Positions 40,597-51,036 are shown, counted from the first letter of the stretch. The stretch: 64,000 bases of DNA from an uncultured delta proteobacterium (GCA_963841435.1 CAWJCS010000006.1:1312001-1376000), one strand, 5' to 3'. Numbers and translations are program-made. The notes: generated from the letters alone by a model not told the origin.

Positions 40597-40745
40597 TCAC
40601 CGTGGTCGCAGATCAAGAGCGGCATCGAAGCTGGTGACTTTTTGCTGGTTCAGTTCGGTCACAACGACGAAACCCACGATTGCCCCCGCTACGTGAGCAC
40701 CGCCGACTACGAGATCGACCTCGGCATCATGGCGGACACTGAAAT
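40597..40745 (+). pseudogene. Fragment of a rhamnogalacturonan-acetylesterase-type SGNH hydrolase
   Basis: WSQIKSGIEAGDFLLVQFGHNDE (block III) with no GDS and no DxxH motif. Confidence 0.6.
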
Positions 40746-40836
40746 AGACGGCGCTCAGCGTGCGTGCAGCCGCGGGGCTCGGCAGGCTGTTCGCCATCAA
40801 CGTCGCACCGGGCGGCTCGCGCGCTATAAGTCCGCG

Positions 40837-41031
40837 ATGTCGGACTCGATGCGCGGACCTCTTTTTTGCCCTTGGTGCGGCGAGCCCGCCGACATCCACA
40901 TCGACGAGGGCGCCGGCAGCCACCAAGAATACGTCGAGGACTGCGCCGTGTGCTGTCACCCGTGCGTCATCACCGTCGAGCCCGCCGACGACGAGGACGA
41001 CCCGCCCGTCGTGGGCATTGAGCGGGAATAG
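40837..41031 (+). CDS. CPXCG-motif cysteine-rich protein
   Basis: CPWCGE...QEYVEDCAVCCHP. Confidence 0.9.
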   Translation: MSDSMRGPLFCPWCGEPADIHIDEGAGSHQEYVEDCAVCCHPCVITVEPADDEDDPPVVGIERE

Positions 41032-41039
41032 GGCGTCGC

Positions 41040-41294
41040 TCAAAGCTGGGAAGAACGCGCCGAAGCTGGCTCCCGAGCGATCGAAAGCGCGATGGCACCC
41101 ACCGACCGTGTCCGCTCGGCGCGCCCGCGTGCCGCACTTTCGAGCTGAGTGGCTCTTTCCTGGGCGCGCGCGCGGACGACCAAGATCGCAGCGGTAGCGG
41201 CTCCTGCGAGCACCACGGCCCCCAAAAGGACCCAGAAGATCGGCCGCGCTCCGGCCGCTCGGGTCGGCAGGTTCCCGGCGGGTTCCGGCCCCAT
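41040..41294 (-). CDS. Small single-TM hypothetical protein
   Basis: One hydrophobic helix, IFWVLLGAVVLAGAATAAILVV. Confidence 0.4.
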   Translation of the reverse strand: MGPEPAGNLPTRAAGARPIFWVLLGAVVLAGAATAAILVVRARAQERATQLESAARGRAERTRSVGAIALSIAREPASARSSQL

Positions 41295-41432
41295 GAGCCC
41301 ATAGTCTCGCTCGGCGGCGACTCCTCACGCAAGTCTAGCCTTCGCCCCGCCTCCGACGACAGCCTCCACGCGTCAGGCCGGGCAGAATCCGGTGCTGATC
41401 GCGCTAGGGTGTCCGCACAAAGGAGCCACGCC

Positions 41433-42257
41433 ATGAACAGCGAAGCCTGGTCGTCCACGGTGAGTCCGCGACTCGAGCGCATGAGCGAGACCCTGGGTCT
41501 CTCGCCAGGCGTACTCGAAGCGCTCTTGATCTTGGTCTTCGGCTTGCTCGCCGCGCTCGTCCTCGGGCGCGTCGCGCGGCGCCTCGCCGGCCGCGGCGCG
41601 CGCCTGATCGCGGGTCTTTACCACTCGGCGCGCGATCTGCCGGACACGAGCCGCATCGAGCACGCCGTGGGGCGCTCCGTGTACTGGCTCGTGGTCGTGT
41701 GCGCGGCCATGGCCGCCACCGAAACCTTGGGCCTGCCGGTCGTGACCACCTGGCTCTCCGGCGTCGCGACCTTCGTGCCCCGCGTGGCAGTGGCGATCTT
41801 CATCGTCGCGCTCGGCGTCGTGGCGGCGCGGGTAGCGCGCCAGGTGGTTCAGGGCGCGGCCGCGTCTGCCCGGCTTCCGGCGGCCGAGCGGCTGGGACGC
41901 GTGACGGAGCTGGTGCTCCTGGTCTCGACGGCGCTCATCGCCATCGAGCAACTGGGAATCGAGATCTCGTTCCTGAAGACGGCGCTCCTGCTCTGCTTGG
42001 GCGCGCTGCTCGCCGGGGCCGCGCTCGCGTTCGGGCTCGGCGGGCGCGAGCTCGTGGCGAACATCCTGGCGGCGCACTACGTGCACAAGCTCTACCAGGT
42101 GGGCCAGACCGTGCGCATCGACGACGCCGAGGGACGCATCGTGCGCTTCACCGAGACGAGCGTGGTGCTCGACGGACCGGACGGTCAGATCGCGGTGCCG
42201 GCCCGGCGCTTTTCGGACCTACGCTCCACGCTGGTCGGCGCGGCGAGGCCGTCGTGA
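41433..42257 (+). CDS. MscS/CmpX-like mechanosensitive channel family protein
   Basis: AGGAG RBS; TM helices; ALAFGLGGRELVANILA...YQVGQTVRI..EGRI. Confidence 0.8.
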   Translation: MNSEAWSSTVSPRLERMSETLGLSPGVLEALLILVFGLLAALVLGRVARRLAGRGARLIAGLYHSARDLPDTSRIEHAVGRSVYWLVVVCAAMAATETLGLPVVTTWLSGVATFVPRVAVAIFIVALGVVAARVARQVVQGAAASARLPAAERLGRVTELVLLVSTALIAIEQLGIEISFLKTALLLCLGALLAGAALAFGLGGRELVANILAAHYVHKLYQVGQTVRIDDAEGRIVRFTETSVVLDGPDGQIAVPARRFSDLRSTLVGAARPS

Positions 42258-43102
42258 TCGCCGAGGAGACCCTGGTGCGGGCGTTTGCCGAGGAAACGCC
42301 CGAGGAAGTCGCGCGGATCTTCGAGCGTCTGCCGGCGTCCGATGGCGCGCACCTGCTCGAGGTGCTCGGTGTGGAGCGGGCCTGTCTGGTGCTCGCGGCG
42401 GCCGATCCCGGCGCCACGGCCCGTGCGCTCCGGGGTTTGCCAGCCGATGCGGCCCGTGCGCTCCTCGCGGAGCTCGATCCACGCGCGGCGGTGGAGGCGC
42501 TCCGACAGCTCGACGGCGCCGAGCGCGACACGCTTTTCGCCGCGCTCTCCGCCGAGCGGCGGGCGCTATTCTCCAGCCTCACGAGCTACCCGATCGACAC
42601 CGCCGCCGGCCGCGTCGATCCGCGCGCACCTGCGCTGTTCGAGGACCTCACGGCGAGCGAGGTGCTCGAGCGGCTCGCCGACCACCCGGGTCGAGCGCTC
42701 CACTACGTCTACGCCGTCGACCACCAGCGCCACCTGACGGGCGTCGCCAACCTGCGCGAGCTCATGGCCGCCAATCCCCGGACACCGCTTGCGTCCTTCA
42801 TGACCCGGAACCCGAGCGCGCTCCGGGCCGGTGACGGCCTCATTCTGGTCGTGCGCCACCCCGGCTGGCGTGAGCACCACGCGCTTCCGGTCGTGGACGG
42901 GGCGGGCCGCTACCTGGGCGCCCTGCGCTACTCCACTTTCCGCGCGATCGAGAGCGAGCTCGGGCGGGCCGGAGCCGATCCTGACGCTAGCCAGGCGGCG
43001 GGGGCGCTCGCCGAGCTCTGCGCGATCGGGGTCTCCGCCGTCGCACGCGTGGCGGCCGCGGCGCTGAGCGCCGAGAGGTCGGGCGAAGGAGCGCGCCGAT
43101 GA
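42254..43102 (+). CDS. MgtE N-terminal + CBS domain protein without a TM domain
   Basis: GTGA overlap; helical repeats, YPIDTAAG, YVYAVD, LPVVD. Confidence 0.8.
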   Translation: MIAEETLVRAFAEETPEEVARIFERLPASDGAHLLEVLGVERACLVLAAADPGATARALRGLPADAARALLAELDPRAAVEALRQLDGAERDTLFAALSAERRALFSSLTSYPIDTAAGRVDPRAPALFEDLTASEVLERLADHPGRALHYVYAVDHQRHLTGVANLRELMAANPRTPLASFMTRNPSALRAGDGLILVVRHPGWREHHALPVVDGAGRYLGALRYSTFRAIESELGRAGADPDASQAAGALAELCAIGVSAVARVAAAALSAERSGEGARR

Positions 43103-44403
43103 CACTCGCCTTCTCGAGCCTCGTGACCGCGTACCTGGTCCACCATCCCGCGGACGCCGCGCGCGCCCTCGCCCGGCACGACGCGAGCGAGACCGGAGCG
43201 CTGCTCGACGAGGTGAGCACGGAGGCGGCCCTTTCCGTGCTCGGGCACATGAGCGGCAACGACGCGGCCCGCGCGCTCGCCGAGCTCCCGGACGAGCGCG
43301 CCCGGACGTTGCTGGTCGCCGCCGATTTCGTACGCGTCGCGGGCCTTCTCGCGCACCTCGCTCCGAGCGAGCGAGAGCGGCTGCTCGCTCTCTTGCCGCC
43401 GGCCACGGCGCGCAACGTGAGCGAGGCCCTCGCGTTTCCTCCGGGCACCGCCGGGGAGCTCATGGACCCGCGCGTGGTGACGTTTCACGAGGCGACGACC
43501 GTCAACGAAGCGCTCGTGCGCGTGCGAAGGCTCGCGGGAAGCCGCGGCGACGATCTCCTGCTCACGGACGACGACGGTCACCTGAGCGGCGTGGTTCCGC
43601 TCCGCGCCCTGGTCGCGGCATCCGGCGACGCCCGGCTCGCGGCTGTCGCCGACCGGGGTCGTCCCTCCGTGCACGTGATGGCAGGGCGCGACGAAGTGGT
43701 GGAGCTCCTGCGCGGAAACCCCGCGACGAGCTTGCCCGTGGTCAACCTCGAGGGGCGCGTGATTGGCGTCTTGCGTCACGAGGGCCTCGTGGAAGCGGCG
43801 CGCCAGGCGGCCACCGACGATTTGCAGCAGATGGTCGGCGCCGGCAAGGAGGAGCGAGCGCTCTCGCCCGCGCTCTTCGCCGTGAAGAGCCGCCTGCCGT
43901 GGCTTTTGATCAATCTCGCGACCGGCTTCCTCGCGGCCTCGGTGGTGGGCCTCTTCGATGCGACCATCGCCCGGATCACGGCGCTCGCGGTGCTGATGCC
44001 CGTGGTGGCCGGTCAGGCCGGCAACACCGGCGCCCAGGCCCTGGCCGTGACGATCCGCGGTCTGTCGCTGCGCGAGATCCGCGTCGGGCACTTTCCGCGC
44101 GTGCTCGCCAAGGAGACACTGACCGCGGCCGTCAACGGTGTCGCGATCGCTCTGGTTACCGCGGCCGGCACCTACTTCTGGAGCCACAGCGCGCCGCTCG
44201 CGCTCGTCATCGGCGTCTCGATGGTCGGCTCGATGGTGATCGCGGCGATCGCGGGCGCAGCCGTGCCCGTGGTGTTGACGGCTCTCGAGCGCGACCCGGC
44301 GACGGCTTCCTCGATCATCCTCACCACCGTCACCGACGTGACCGGCTTCTCGAGCTTCCTCGGCTTCGCGAGCCTGCTCTCGAGCCAGATCGCTCCGAGC
44401 TAG
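43099..44403 (+). CDS. mgtE: Magnesium transporter MgtE
   Basis: TAGELMD, RLPWLLINL, AGQAGNTGAQ, DPATAS..LTTVTD (pore Asp). Confidence 0.92.
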   Translation: MTLAFSSLVTAYLVHHPADAARALARHDASETGALLDEVSTEAALSVLGHMSGNDAARALAELPDERARTLLVAADFVRVAGLLAHLAPSERERLLALLPPATARNVSEALAFPPGTAGELMDPRVVTFHEATTVNEALVRVRRLAGSRGDDLLLTDDDGHLSGVVPLRALVAASGDARLAAVADRGRPSVHVMAGRDEVVELLRGNPATSLPVVNLEGRVIGVLRHEGLVEAARQAATDDLQQMVGAGKEERALSPALFAVKSRLPWLLINLATGFLAASVVGLFDATIARITALAVLMPVVAGQAGNTGAQALAVTIRGLSLREIRVGHFPRVLAKETLTAAVNGVAIALVTAAGTYFWSHSAPLALVIGVSMVGSMVIAAIAGAAVPVVLTALERDPATASSIILTTVTDVTGFSSFLGFASLLSSQIAPS

Positions 44404-44434
44404 GCTGGCGTCGCTCTCTACCCCGTGACTCTGC

Positions 44435-45448
44435 TCAGCTCGGCGTGAGGACGGCGCGGAAGCGGACCTTGCTCTCTACCACCTTGAGGAAAGCCTCCTC
44501 CGCCTTCTCCAAGGGGAAGACCTCCGTGCGGGGTTTGATGCCGCAAAGAGCGCTGAACTTCATGGTGTCTTCCGAGTCGATCGAGGTGCCGCTGGGCCAG
44601 CCCTGAATGCGCTTGCCGCTGAGGAGCGGGAGGGCGGAGATAGTGAGCGGCTCGTGCGGGGCGGCGACGATGAGCAGGGTGCCGCGCGGCTTGATGCCGG
44701 TGAGGGTGCTCGCAATGGCGTCGGCGTGTGGCGCGGTGGCGAGGACCAGATCCGCCCCGCCGAGCTTTTGCAGGCCTTCAGCCGCCGAAACCTTGCTGGT
44801 ATCGATGTATTCGTGGGCGCCGAGCTCGCGAGCGAGCGCTTCCTTGCTGGCGCCGTGCGAGAGCGCGATGGTGCGCATGCCCATGTGAGCGGCGAACTGG
44901 ATGCCGAGGTGCCCGAGGCCGCCGATGCCTTGGACCGCGACCGTGTCCCCCGGGCGAATGCCGCTGTTGCGCAAAGAGTTGTAGGTGGTGACGCCGGCAC
45001 AGAGCAACGGCCCCGCGTCGATGGGATCCAGTCCTTCTGGTATGCGTGCCAGGGACTCGGCCGGCACGACGGCGTACTCCGCGTAGCCGCCGTCGTGGCT
45101 GAGACCAGTGGTGCGGCCGCGCGCGCAGTTGAGGAAAAGACCGCGGCGACACCAGTCACAGACGAAACAATGGCCACCGTGCCACCCAACACCGACGCGG
45201 TCGCCCTCCTTGAAGGCCGTGACGCCTGAACCGATCGCGTCGATCTTTCCGGCGATCTCGTGGCCGGGAATGCGCGGTAGCTCCAGCCCGGGAAAATGGC
45301 CGCCGCGAGCGACGGCGTCGCTGTGACAGACGCCGCACGCTTCCACCTTCACGCGCACCTGCCCCGCGTCCGGCGTAGGAATGGGGCGCTCCCCGACCTC
45401 GAACGGCGCCCCTGCCTTGACGACCATCACCGCTTTCATCTTTGCCAT
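44435..45448 (-). CDS. Zn-dependent alcohol dehydrogenase
   Basis: CGVCHSD, GHE, CFVCDWC...C, GIGGLG. Confidence 0.93.
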   Translation of the reverse strand: MAKMKAVMVVKAGAPFEVGERPIPTPDAGQVRVKVEACGVCHSDAVARGGHFPGLELPRIPGHEIAGKIDAIGSGVTAFKEGDRVGVGWHGGHCFVCDWCRRGLFLNCARGRTTGLSHDGGYAEYAVVPAESLARIPEGLDPIDAGPLLCAGVTTYNSLRNSGIRPGDTVAVQGIGGLGHLGIQFAAHMGMRTIALSHGASKEALARELGAHEYIDTSKVSAAEGLQKLGGADLVLATAPHADAIASTLTGIKPRGTLLIVAAPHEPLTISALPLLSGKRIQGWPSGTSIDSEDTMKFSALCGIKPRTEVFPLEKAEEAFLKVVESKVRFRAVLTPS

Positions 45449-45549
45449 GCGACTTGCTCCCTTCCTCGCCACGGCACTGCCATGGCCTTCGCGTGCCGGG
45501 TTGTGGGGCATCGTCCCACGGATCGCAAGCCCCGAACGAGCGCCGAACC

Positions 45550-45825
45550 TCAGTCGTCGAGCACCTCGAATGCCTGATTCAGCTTCGCCGCCAGATACGT
45601 CGAGCCCTCGGGATGGTCGGGATGCACCTTCTTCATCAGGCTTCGGTAGCGGTTCAGGATCTCCTGCTTCGACGCTCCCTCTTCGACCCCCAGCACCTCG
45701 AGAGCCTCGGCGCGCGTCATGCGACCGCGCCCTGGACCGCGATCGACCGCCGAAACGCGCGACACGGCGCGCAGCACGAGCGCGACGGCGAAGACGACCA
45801 AAAGCAAGAAACTCAGGCGGACCAT
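45550..45825 (-). CDS. Small membrane-anchored J-domain protein
   Basis: N-terminal TM; MTRAEALEVLG...HPD...LNQAFEVL. Confidence 0.88.
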   Translation of the reverse strand: MVRLSFLLLVVFAVALVLRAVSRVSAVDRGPGRGRMTRAEALEVLGVEEGASKQEILNRYRSLMKKVHPDHPEGSTYLAAKLNQAFEVLDD

Positions 45826-46034
45826 AGAGCACCCTTAGCGCAGGATGACGCCGAGACCGCTTGTTCCCGCGCGCCGCCGCTCCGCCTGGTCAGTCCCCCG
45901 ACGGGCATTCCGTGGAGCTCCTTCAGCGAGGTGAGTCCCTGCCGCCGCGCGAGCCATGGCTGTCCATGAAAAACCAGGGCAGCTGGTAGGCGCCGGCCCG
46001 CATCGGACCGCCGCGACCGGTCGAGCCGTCGCCG

Positions 46035-46691
46035 TCAGCTCGAAAGGCCGCCGAGGCCGAGTGCCTCGAGGCACTCCGAAAGCTCGCTCGGCAGCGGGGC
46101 GTGCACTTCGAGTGAGCCGTCGTCATCGAGCGGGAGGCGGAGGCGGCTCGCGTGCAATCCGAGGCGATGAAAGCCGTAGCGCTCGCGAAAGTGGCGATTG
46201 ATGTCCCCCTTGCCGTAGCGCACGTCTCCGATCAGGGGGTGGCTGATGTGCTTCATGTGCCGCCGGATCTGGTGGAGTCGGCCCGTCAGCGGCTCGACAC
46301 GGAGCAGGCTGACGCGCTCGACGGTCGAGGTGCCGAGTCGCACGAAGCGAGTCCGAGCTTCCACCCGCGGGCCACCCTCGGCGCGCGGCACGGGCGAATC
46401 GGTGAGGCCCCGTTCGGCGGTGTGCCCTCTCGTCAGCGCGAGGTACTGCTTTTCCACGCGTCCGGAGGCCCACGCCTCGCCCAGGATCGCGGCGTGCTCC
46501 CTGTCGAGCGCGAACACGAGGACACCCGACGTCGCGCGATCGAGCCGGTGGACGGGGTACACCCAACGTCCGGCGATCTCTCGAGCGAGCGAAAGGGCCG
46601 TCTCGCGATCGTTGTCCCATCCGCGGTGGACCAGCAGACCCGCCGGCTTATCGACGACCAAGAGGCGGGTGTCCCGATACAAGATCTTCAA
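46035..46691 (-). CDS. RluA/TruC-family pseudouridine synthase (start approximate)
   Basis: DKPAGLLVH, HRLDRATSG, TGRLHQIRRH, HPLIGD..YG, LHA. Confidence 0.9.
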   Translation of the reverse strand: MKILYRDTRLLVVDKPAGLLVHRGWDNDRETALSLAREIAGRWVYPVHRLDRATSGVLVFALDREHAAILGEAWASGRVEKQYLALTRGHTAERGLTDSPVPRAEGGPRVEARTRFVRLGTSTVERVSLLRVEPLTGRLHQIRRHMKHISHPLIGDVRYGKGDINRHFRERYGFHRLGLHASRLRLPLDDDGSLEVHAPLPSELSECLEALGLGGLSS

Positions 46692-46734
46692 GCGTACCCC
46701 GGACCACTCGGCTCGCGCCGTCGCCCTCGTCGCG

Positions 46735-47118
46735 TTAGCCGCCGGAAGGACCGCCGCCGATCCAGTCACCTTCGAGGGGCAATCCGGCGTCCTCCCAGTC
46801 GATCAAACCGCCGGCGTAGCGGCGTACGTTCGTGTACCCGTGGTCAACGAGCCGCCGGTACGCGGCGAGGCTCGCGAGGCACTGTGGGTTCGAGCAATAG
46901 ACGACGATGTCCTCGTCCTTCGCTAGCCCCTCCAGCATCTCGCCGACGGTGTTGAAATGGATGGACCCCGGAATGTGCTTGGCGGCGAAAGCCCATTCAC
47001 CGAGCGCCATCACGAGCTTGAAACGATCACCGCGTGCGATTTTTTCCTTTAGCTCTTCGCGAGCGATCGTGAAAACGGGCTGATCGGAAAGGACGGGGCC
47101 TGCAAGCGGACTTGGCAT
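46735..47118 (-). CDS. Rhodanese-like domain protein
   Basis: HIPGS, VVYCS, YAGGLIDWEDAGLP. Confidence 0.88.
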   Translation of the reverse strand: MPSPLAGPVLSDQPVFTIAREELKEKIARGDRFKLVMALGEWAFAAKHIPGSIHFNTVGEMLEGLAKDEDIVVYCSNPQCLASLAAYRRLVDHGYTNVRRYAGGLIDWEDAGLPLEGDWIGGGPSGG

Positions 47119-47720
47119 GATTCCTCGAGACGCCGCGACGCTAGCACCAACGTCGCGACCCTCCAGGTGACCCGGCGTCGTCGAGCGCCCGACCGGCGTG
47201 CACCCGCGCCGCGCGCTCGAATGGCTCGTGGAGCGGGCTCGAGCTGAAGATTGCGGCTCCGCGGCGACGCCGCGCCGAACGAGGCCCGGCCCAGTGACCT
47301 GTCACCATCGATGGTTTGGCGGAGCGCTACGAGCTCCAGAGGGGGGCTTCCTCTCGGACACGCCGGCGGACAATCCACGTGACGCGACCTTGCCGGCTCG
47401 CACTATGCAGACGGGCAGGCCATCCACGCCATGATGTTCGAGGGGAAGGCGCTCAGCGTGGGGCGGTCGGGCAATCGTACCTGGGCGGCAAATTTCAGTG
47501 GGTTGCGCCAGGTGAAGTTGCATTTTCGCGGCACGCTCGAAGGCTAGCGATCCCGAGCGGCCGGTCGGGTAGCGGCTGCCGGCTGCGGGAGTCCCCGGCT
47601 CGACCGACAGCTAGCGCGGGCGCAAAAAACGCGGTCACCGTACCAGCGGTCCCCCGGCCGGGCCCGCCCTTCACGCGCGCTTCGCGACGCCTAGCCCCGT
47701 TCCGTCCCGTCGCCGCGGGA

Positions 47721-47758
47721 CGCACCGGACGGGGACGCGCGCACCGGACGGGGACGCG
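47721..47758. repeat. 19-bp tandem direct repeat x2
   Basis: CGCACCGGACGGGGACGCG at 47721 and 47740. Confidence 0.85.
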
Positions 47759-47971
47759 CGAGACGAACGGTGCTATGTTCCGCGCGATCGTACTCGCCGC
47801 CTTCGTCCGCCCCGTACGGGCACTGCCAATCTGGGCGTAGCGCACGAGGTTGCCGATCATCGTTCATCGACGTTCGTGCTGACACAACAGTCCCCAAGGG
47901 ACCGCTGGCGGCTCGAGCGCACGTATGTGCGATCCCCTCAACGGCCGACTTGGCCAGCACTCGGAGTCTCG

Positions 47972-49000
47972 ATGGACCTGCTCACCGCACTCGACCCTCG
48001 CACAGAATACTCATCTTCCCAGCTGCAGCTCATCGTCGGAGCCTGGGTGCTCGCGACGCCCTTCGAACGGAAGGCGAAGGTCTCGATCGTCAACGGTGAC
48101 ATCGAAGAAGCCGACTACGACAAGCGCTCCGTCTACTCGTTTCTCTACTCGCTCTATCGCACGATGGGCACCACCCAGACCGTGGGGGGCGAGCCCTACG
48201 AATTTACCTTCAACACCTGGGGGTACACGTGGCCGGCAGCGTGGGGGATCAGGCCGACGACGGAAACGGATCCCGAGCGCTTCGGGAAAAACGCCTACAC
48301 GGGGCTCTTCCACTTCGATGCCGTGACGAAATACCTCGCGGAGCGCGAAGGGCGCGTGCACGTCGTCGAGATGGGTTGCGGCACGGGCGCTGGTGCTCAC
48401 CACGTCGTCAGAAACACGCTGCCCCACTGCACCTACGAGGCTTTCGACATGCAGGAGGCCGCCATCCGGACGTGTCGGCGCAAATTCATCCCGGCCACCG
48501 AGGGCCGCCTCAAGGCCACCCGTGCCGACTGCACCGAGCTGCCCGTCGAGGAAGGCGTCGCCGACCTCGTCGTGGTTTGCGAGACCCACGTGACGGAGAT
48601 GGCAGGGCAGGTCACCGACGAGGACCGAAAGTTCTTCCACACCGCTCACCGCCTTCTCAAGACGGGGGGCATGCTCGTCTGGGGCAACGCGATCCCGGAC
48701 GACACCTGGCAGCCCTGCCTCGATTTTCTGAAGTCGCTCGGGATGTCGGTCGTCAACGTGTGCAACGTCACGGACGAGGCCATTGCGGCGCGCGTGGAAG
48801 ACAAGGGGCGCGCCGACGCGTACGTCAACGGCGTCCTCCAGCGCATGTGGGGCTTCAAGATCCCGCGGTTCGGCACGAAGAAGCGCATCGAGGCGCGGCA
48901 GGCGATGCTGAACTTCTACCGCAACCCCGGGACGCGGCTCTTCGACCGGATGGTCGAGCGGGTGGACACCTACAAGGTCGTCTGCCTGAAAAAGACCTAG
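47972..49000 (+). CDS. Class I SAM-dependent methyltransferase (Rv2952/Mtf2-like O-methyltransferase)
   Basis: FTFNTWGY, VVEMGCGTGAGA, ADCTELP...DLVVVCETH, RLLKTGG. Confidence 0.75.
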   Translation: MDLLTALDPRTEYSSSQLQLIVGAWVLATPFERKAKVSIVNGDIEEADYDKRSVYSFLYSLYRTMGTTQTVGGEPYEFTFNTWGYTWPAAWGIRPTTETDPERFGKNAYTGLFHFDAVTKYLAEREGRVHVVEMGCGTGAGAHHVVRNTLPHCTYEAFDMQEAAIRTCRRKFIPATEGRLKATRADCTELPVEEGVADLVVVCETHVTEMAGQVTDEDRKFFHTAHRLLKTGGMLVWGNAIPDDTWQPCLDFLKSLGMSVVNVCNVTDEAIAARVEDKGRADAYVNGVLQRMWGFKIPRFGTKKRIEARQAMLNFYRNPGTRLFDRMVERVDTYKVVCLKKT

Positions 49001-49073
49001 CCGTCCCCGGCTCCCAGGCGTGCACGACTCGGCGCTGCCCGAGTCGTGCGCGACTGATCATCGCTCGGGTGGG

Positions 49074-50001
49074 TCAGGACGAGGGCTTCTGTGCCGGCAG
49101 CGGAAGGTCGGCGAGGGCGGCCGCGCGCGAGCGGAACGTCCAGAAGACGAAGGCGCCTGCGAACGCCAGGAACAGCGCGCAGAGTGCCGGCAGGTTGAAG
49201 ATCTCGCTGCCGCCAATCAGCCGGATGAGCGGGTAGGCGACGACCATCAGGCACGCGCCGCCGAAGCCGATTCGCAGATCGTCGGGGGACAGGAGTGGAC
49301 CGGCGGCGGCCGCGGGTGCAGCGGTCAGCGGCTTTGCCATCCAGTGCTCGATGGGCTTCACGTGAAGCGCGAGCAGGAAGCCAATCGACATGAGACACCA
49401 GATGGCCGGCATCTCGTCCTTGTTCGAACGTCATGAAGAACGCCGGCAGAGGCCCCACGAGGAGATGATAGACGGTCCAGCGCCAGGAACCGTAGAACAG
49501 CGGCAGAAAGAAGGCCGGGATGAAATAGCAGAGGAAGCTACTATCGACCGCGTTGAGATAGAGCCTCCAGGCAATGTGCCAATCACCGTGGAAGCTACAG
49601 GTGTTCGTTCCGCAGAGCGGGACGACGCTCGGATCGCAGAGCCATTCCGCGTTCGGCACGTAGAGCTTCGACAGCATCGCCGTCGCGCCCAGCCCGCAGA
49701 CCAGAAATACCCACGGGCGGATGCGGCGCGCTTTCGTTGCGGGGATGAACGACAGGGCCAGAAGGTTGATGAAGAAGGGCTGAAACGCGATGTGCGCGTA
49801 GCTAATCCGCGTGAGCCAGCGGTTCGAGGGCAGGCCGCACTGATCGATGACGAGATAGGTGGCCGCCTGCAGAAGCTCCATCGCCGTGAAGTACAGGACC
49901 GTGCCCCAGCGTCCCGTCGGGCTCCCTTTCGAACGCGCCCATAGGGCTCCGGACACGCCCAGGGTGGCGACGGCCAAGCTTGCTTCACCCGACCAGCACA
50001 T
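49074..50001 (-). CDS. DUF5765-like membrane protein, frameshifted near 49428
   Basis: MCWSGEAS, MELLQA.TY.VIDQC, HIAFQPFF, WHIAW; removing one base gives MTSNKDEMPAIWCL and joins ORF 49074-49412. Confidence 0.75.
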
Positions 50002-50336
50002 CGCTTACGCGGACTCCACGTGCCGGCCCATGGCAGCGAGGCGTGCGACGGCGCGAGCGTGCCCTACGAATCGGGCGCGGTGCGTTTCGAGGGGCCGGGG
50101 GTGGGTCATCGGGTGGTCCCGCGTATCACGGGAAGGCCCGTGGGGGGCGTTCCGCGACGACGGTACGGCCGTCATCGCGGAGTTTTCATCGAATCAGGGC
50201 GTTCGCTCGCGTGGGCGGGGCGACCAAGGTGCCGCACGCGGGAGCCGCCGAGCCTCCGGCCGAGCCTTTCGCAGCCATGGGGCCACGCCCCGCGTCCACT
50301 CGAGCGCGCGACCGAATCGCGCTCGGCGGTGGCGTG

Positions 50337-50849
50337 TCAGCGCGCCGCGACTTGGAGGGTGGCGCGCTCGTTGAGCGTTTCCCTGATGGTGCGGGCCGCG
50401 TGGGCGAGCGCCGTGGCCTCCGGAGCGGTGCCAGCGCGCTTGCGGACCTCGCCGGCAAGCCAGGTCGCGCCCTCCTCGATGGAGCTGAACACGCCCATCG
50501 GATACGATGGGCGCGCGGCGAGCTGCAGGAGCGACAGGACCGCGCGCATTGCCGCCCCGCGGAACCCGGTGCCCTCGACCACCTGCGCGGCGGCTACCAT
50601 CGACGAGCCCGCGAGGCCCTGCCGGATGTACTTTCGCGCCTCGTCGGACGGAGGGCTGCAATCGCTCGAAACGATGAGCAGCGCCCCGGTGCGCTGGCCG
50701 CTCGCTTTGGAGAGATTCTCCAGCTCCGAGACGATGTGCTGCATCACCTCGTGCGTCGGAGCCTCCCGCGAGACGATGATTTCGACGTTTTCGAACCAGG
50801 CGATGGTGTGAGCGCCGTCGTTGAAGCGGTCGATTGCCTTCGTTCCCAT
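50337..50849 (-). CDS. STAS/SEC14-like small protein
   Basis: PPSDEAR...AQVVEGTGFRGAAMRAVL...VFSSIEEGATWL. Confidence 0.65.
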   Translation of the reverse strand: MGTKAIDRFNDGAHTIAWFENVEIIVSREAPTHEVMQHIVSELENLSKASGQRTGALLIVSSDCSPPSDEARKYIRQGLAGSSMVAAAQVVEGTGFRGAAMRAVLSLLQLAARPSYPMGVFSSIEEGATWLAGEVRKRAGTAPEATALAHAARTIRETLNERATLQVAAR

Positions 50850-51036
50850 GCGCGGTAGATGCACGCGCCCCGAATTGATTCGTTGTGCTGTTGCCACGAT
50901 ACCCCAGACCCACCTTAGGACCAGGAGCCGGCACACGGGAAGCAGAACCAGATCTCGATCCCAAGATTGGTAGGGTAGAAGACCACATCGTGCGCACGGG
51001 TGAGCGCGGGTGTCCGACCACGCTCACCCGTGCTCG

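Noticed and set aside
40576-41031. 151-aa ORF as a genuine SGNH-CPXCG fusion
   Set aside because: The SGNH part lacks catalytic motifs, the joining segment looks non-coding, and CPXCG has its own ATG at 40837
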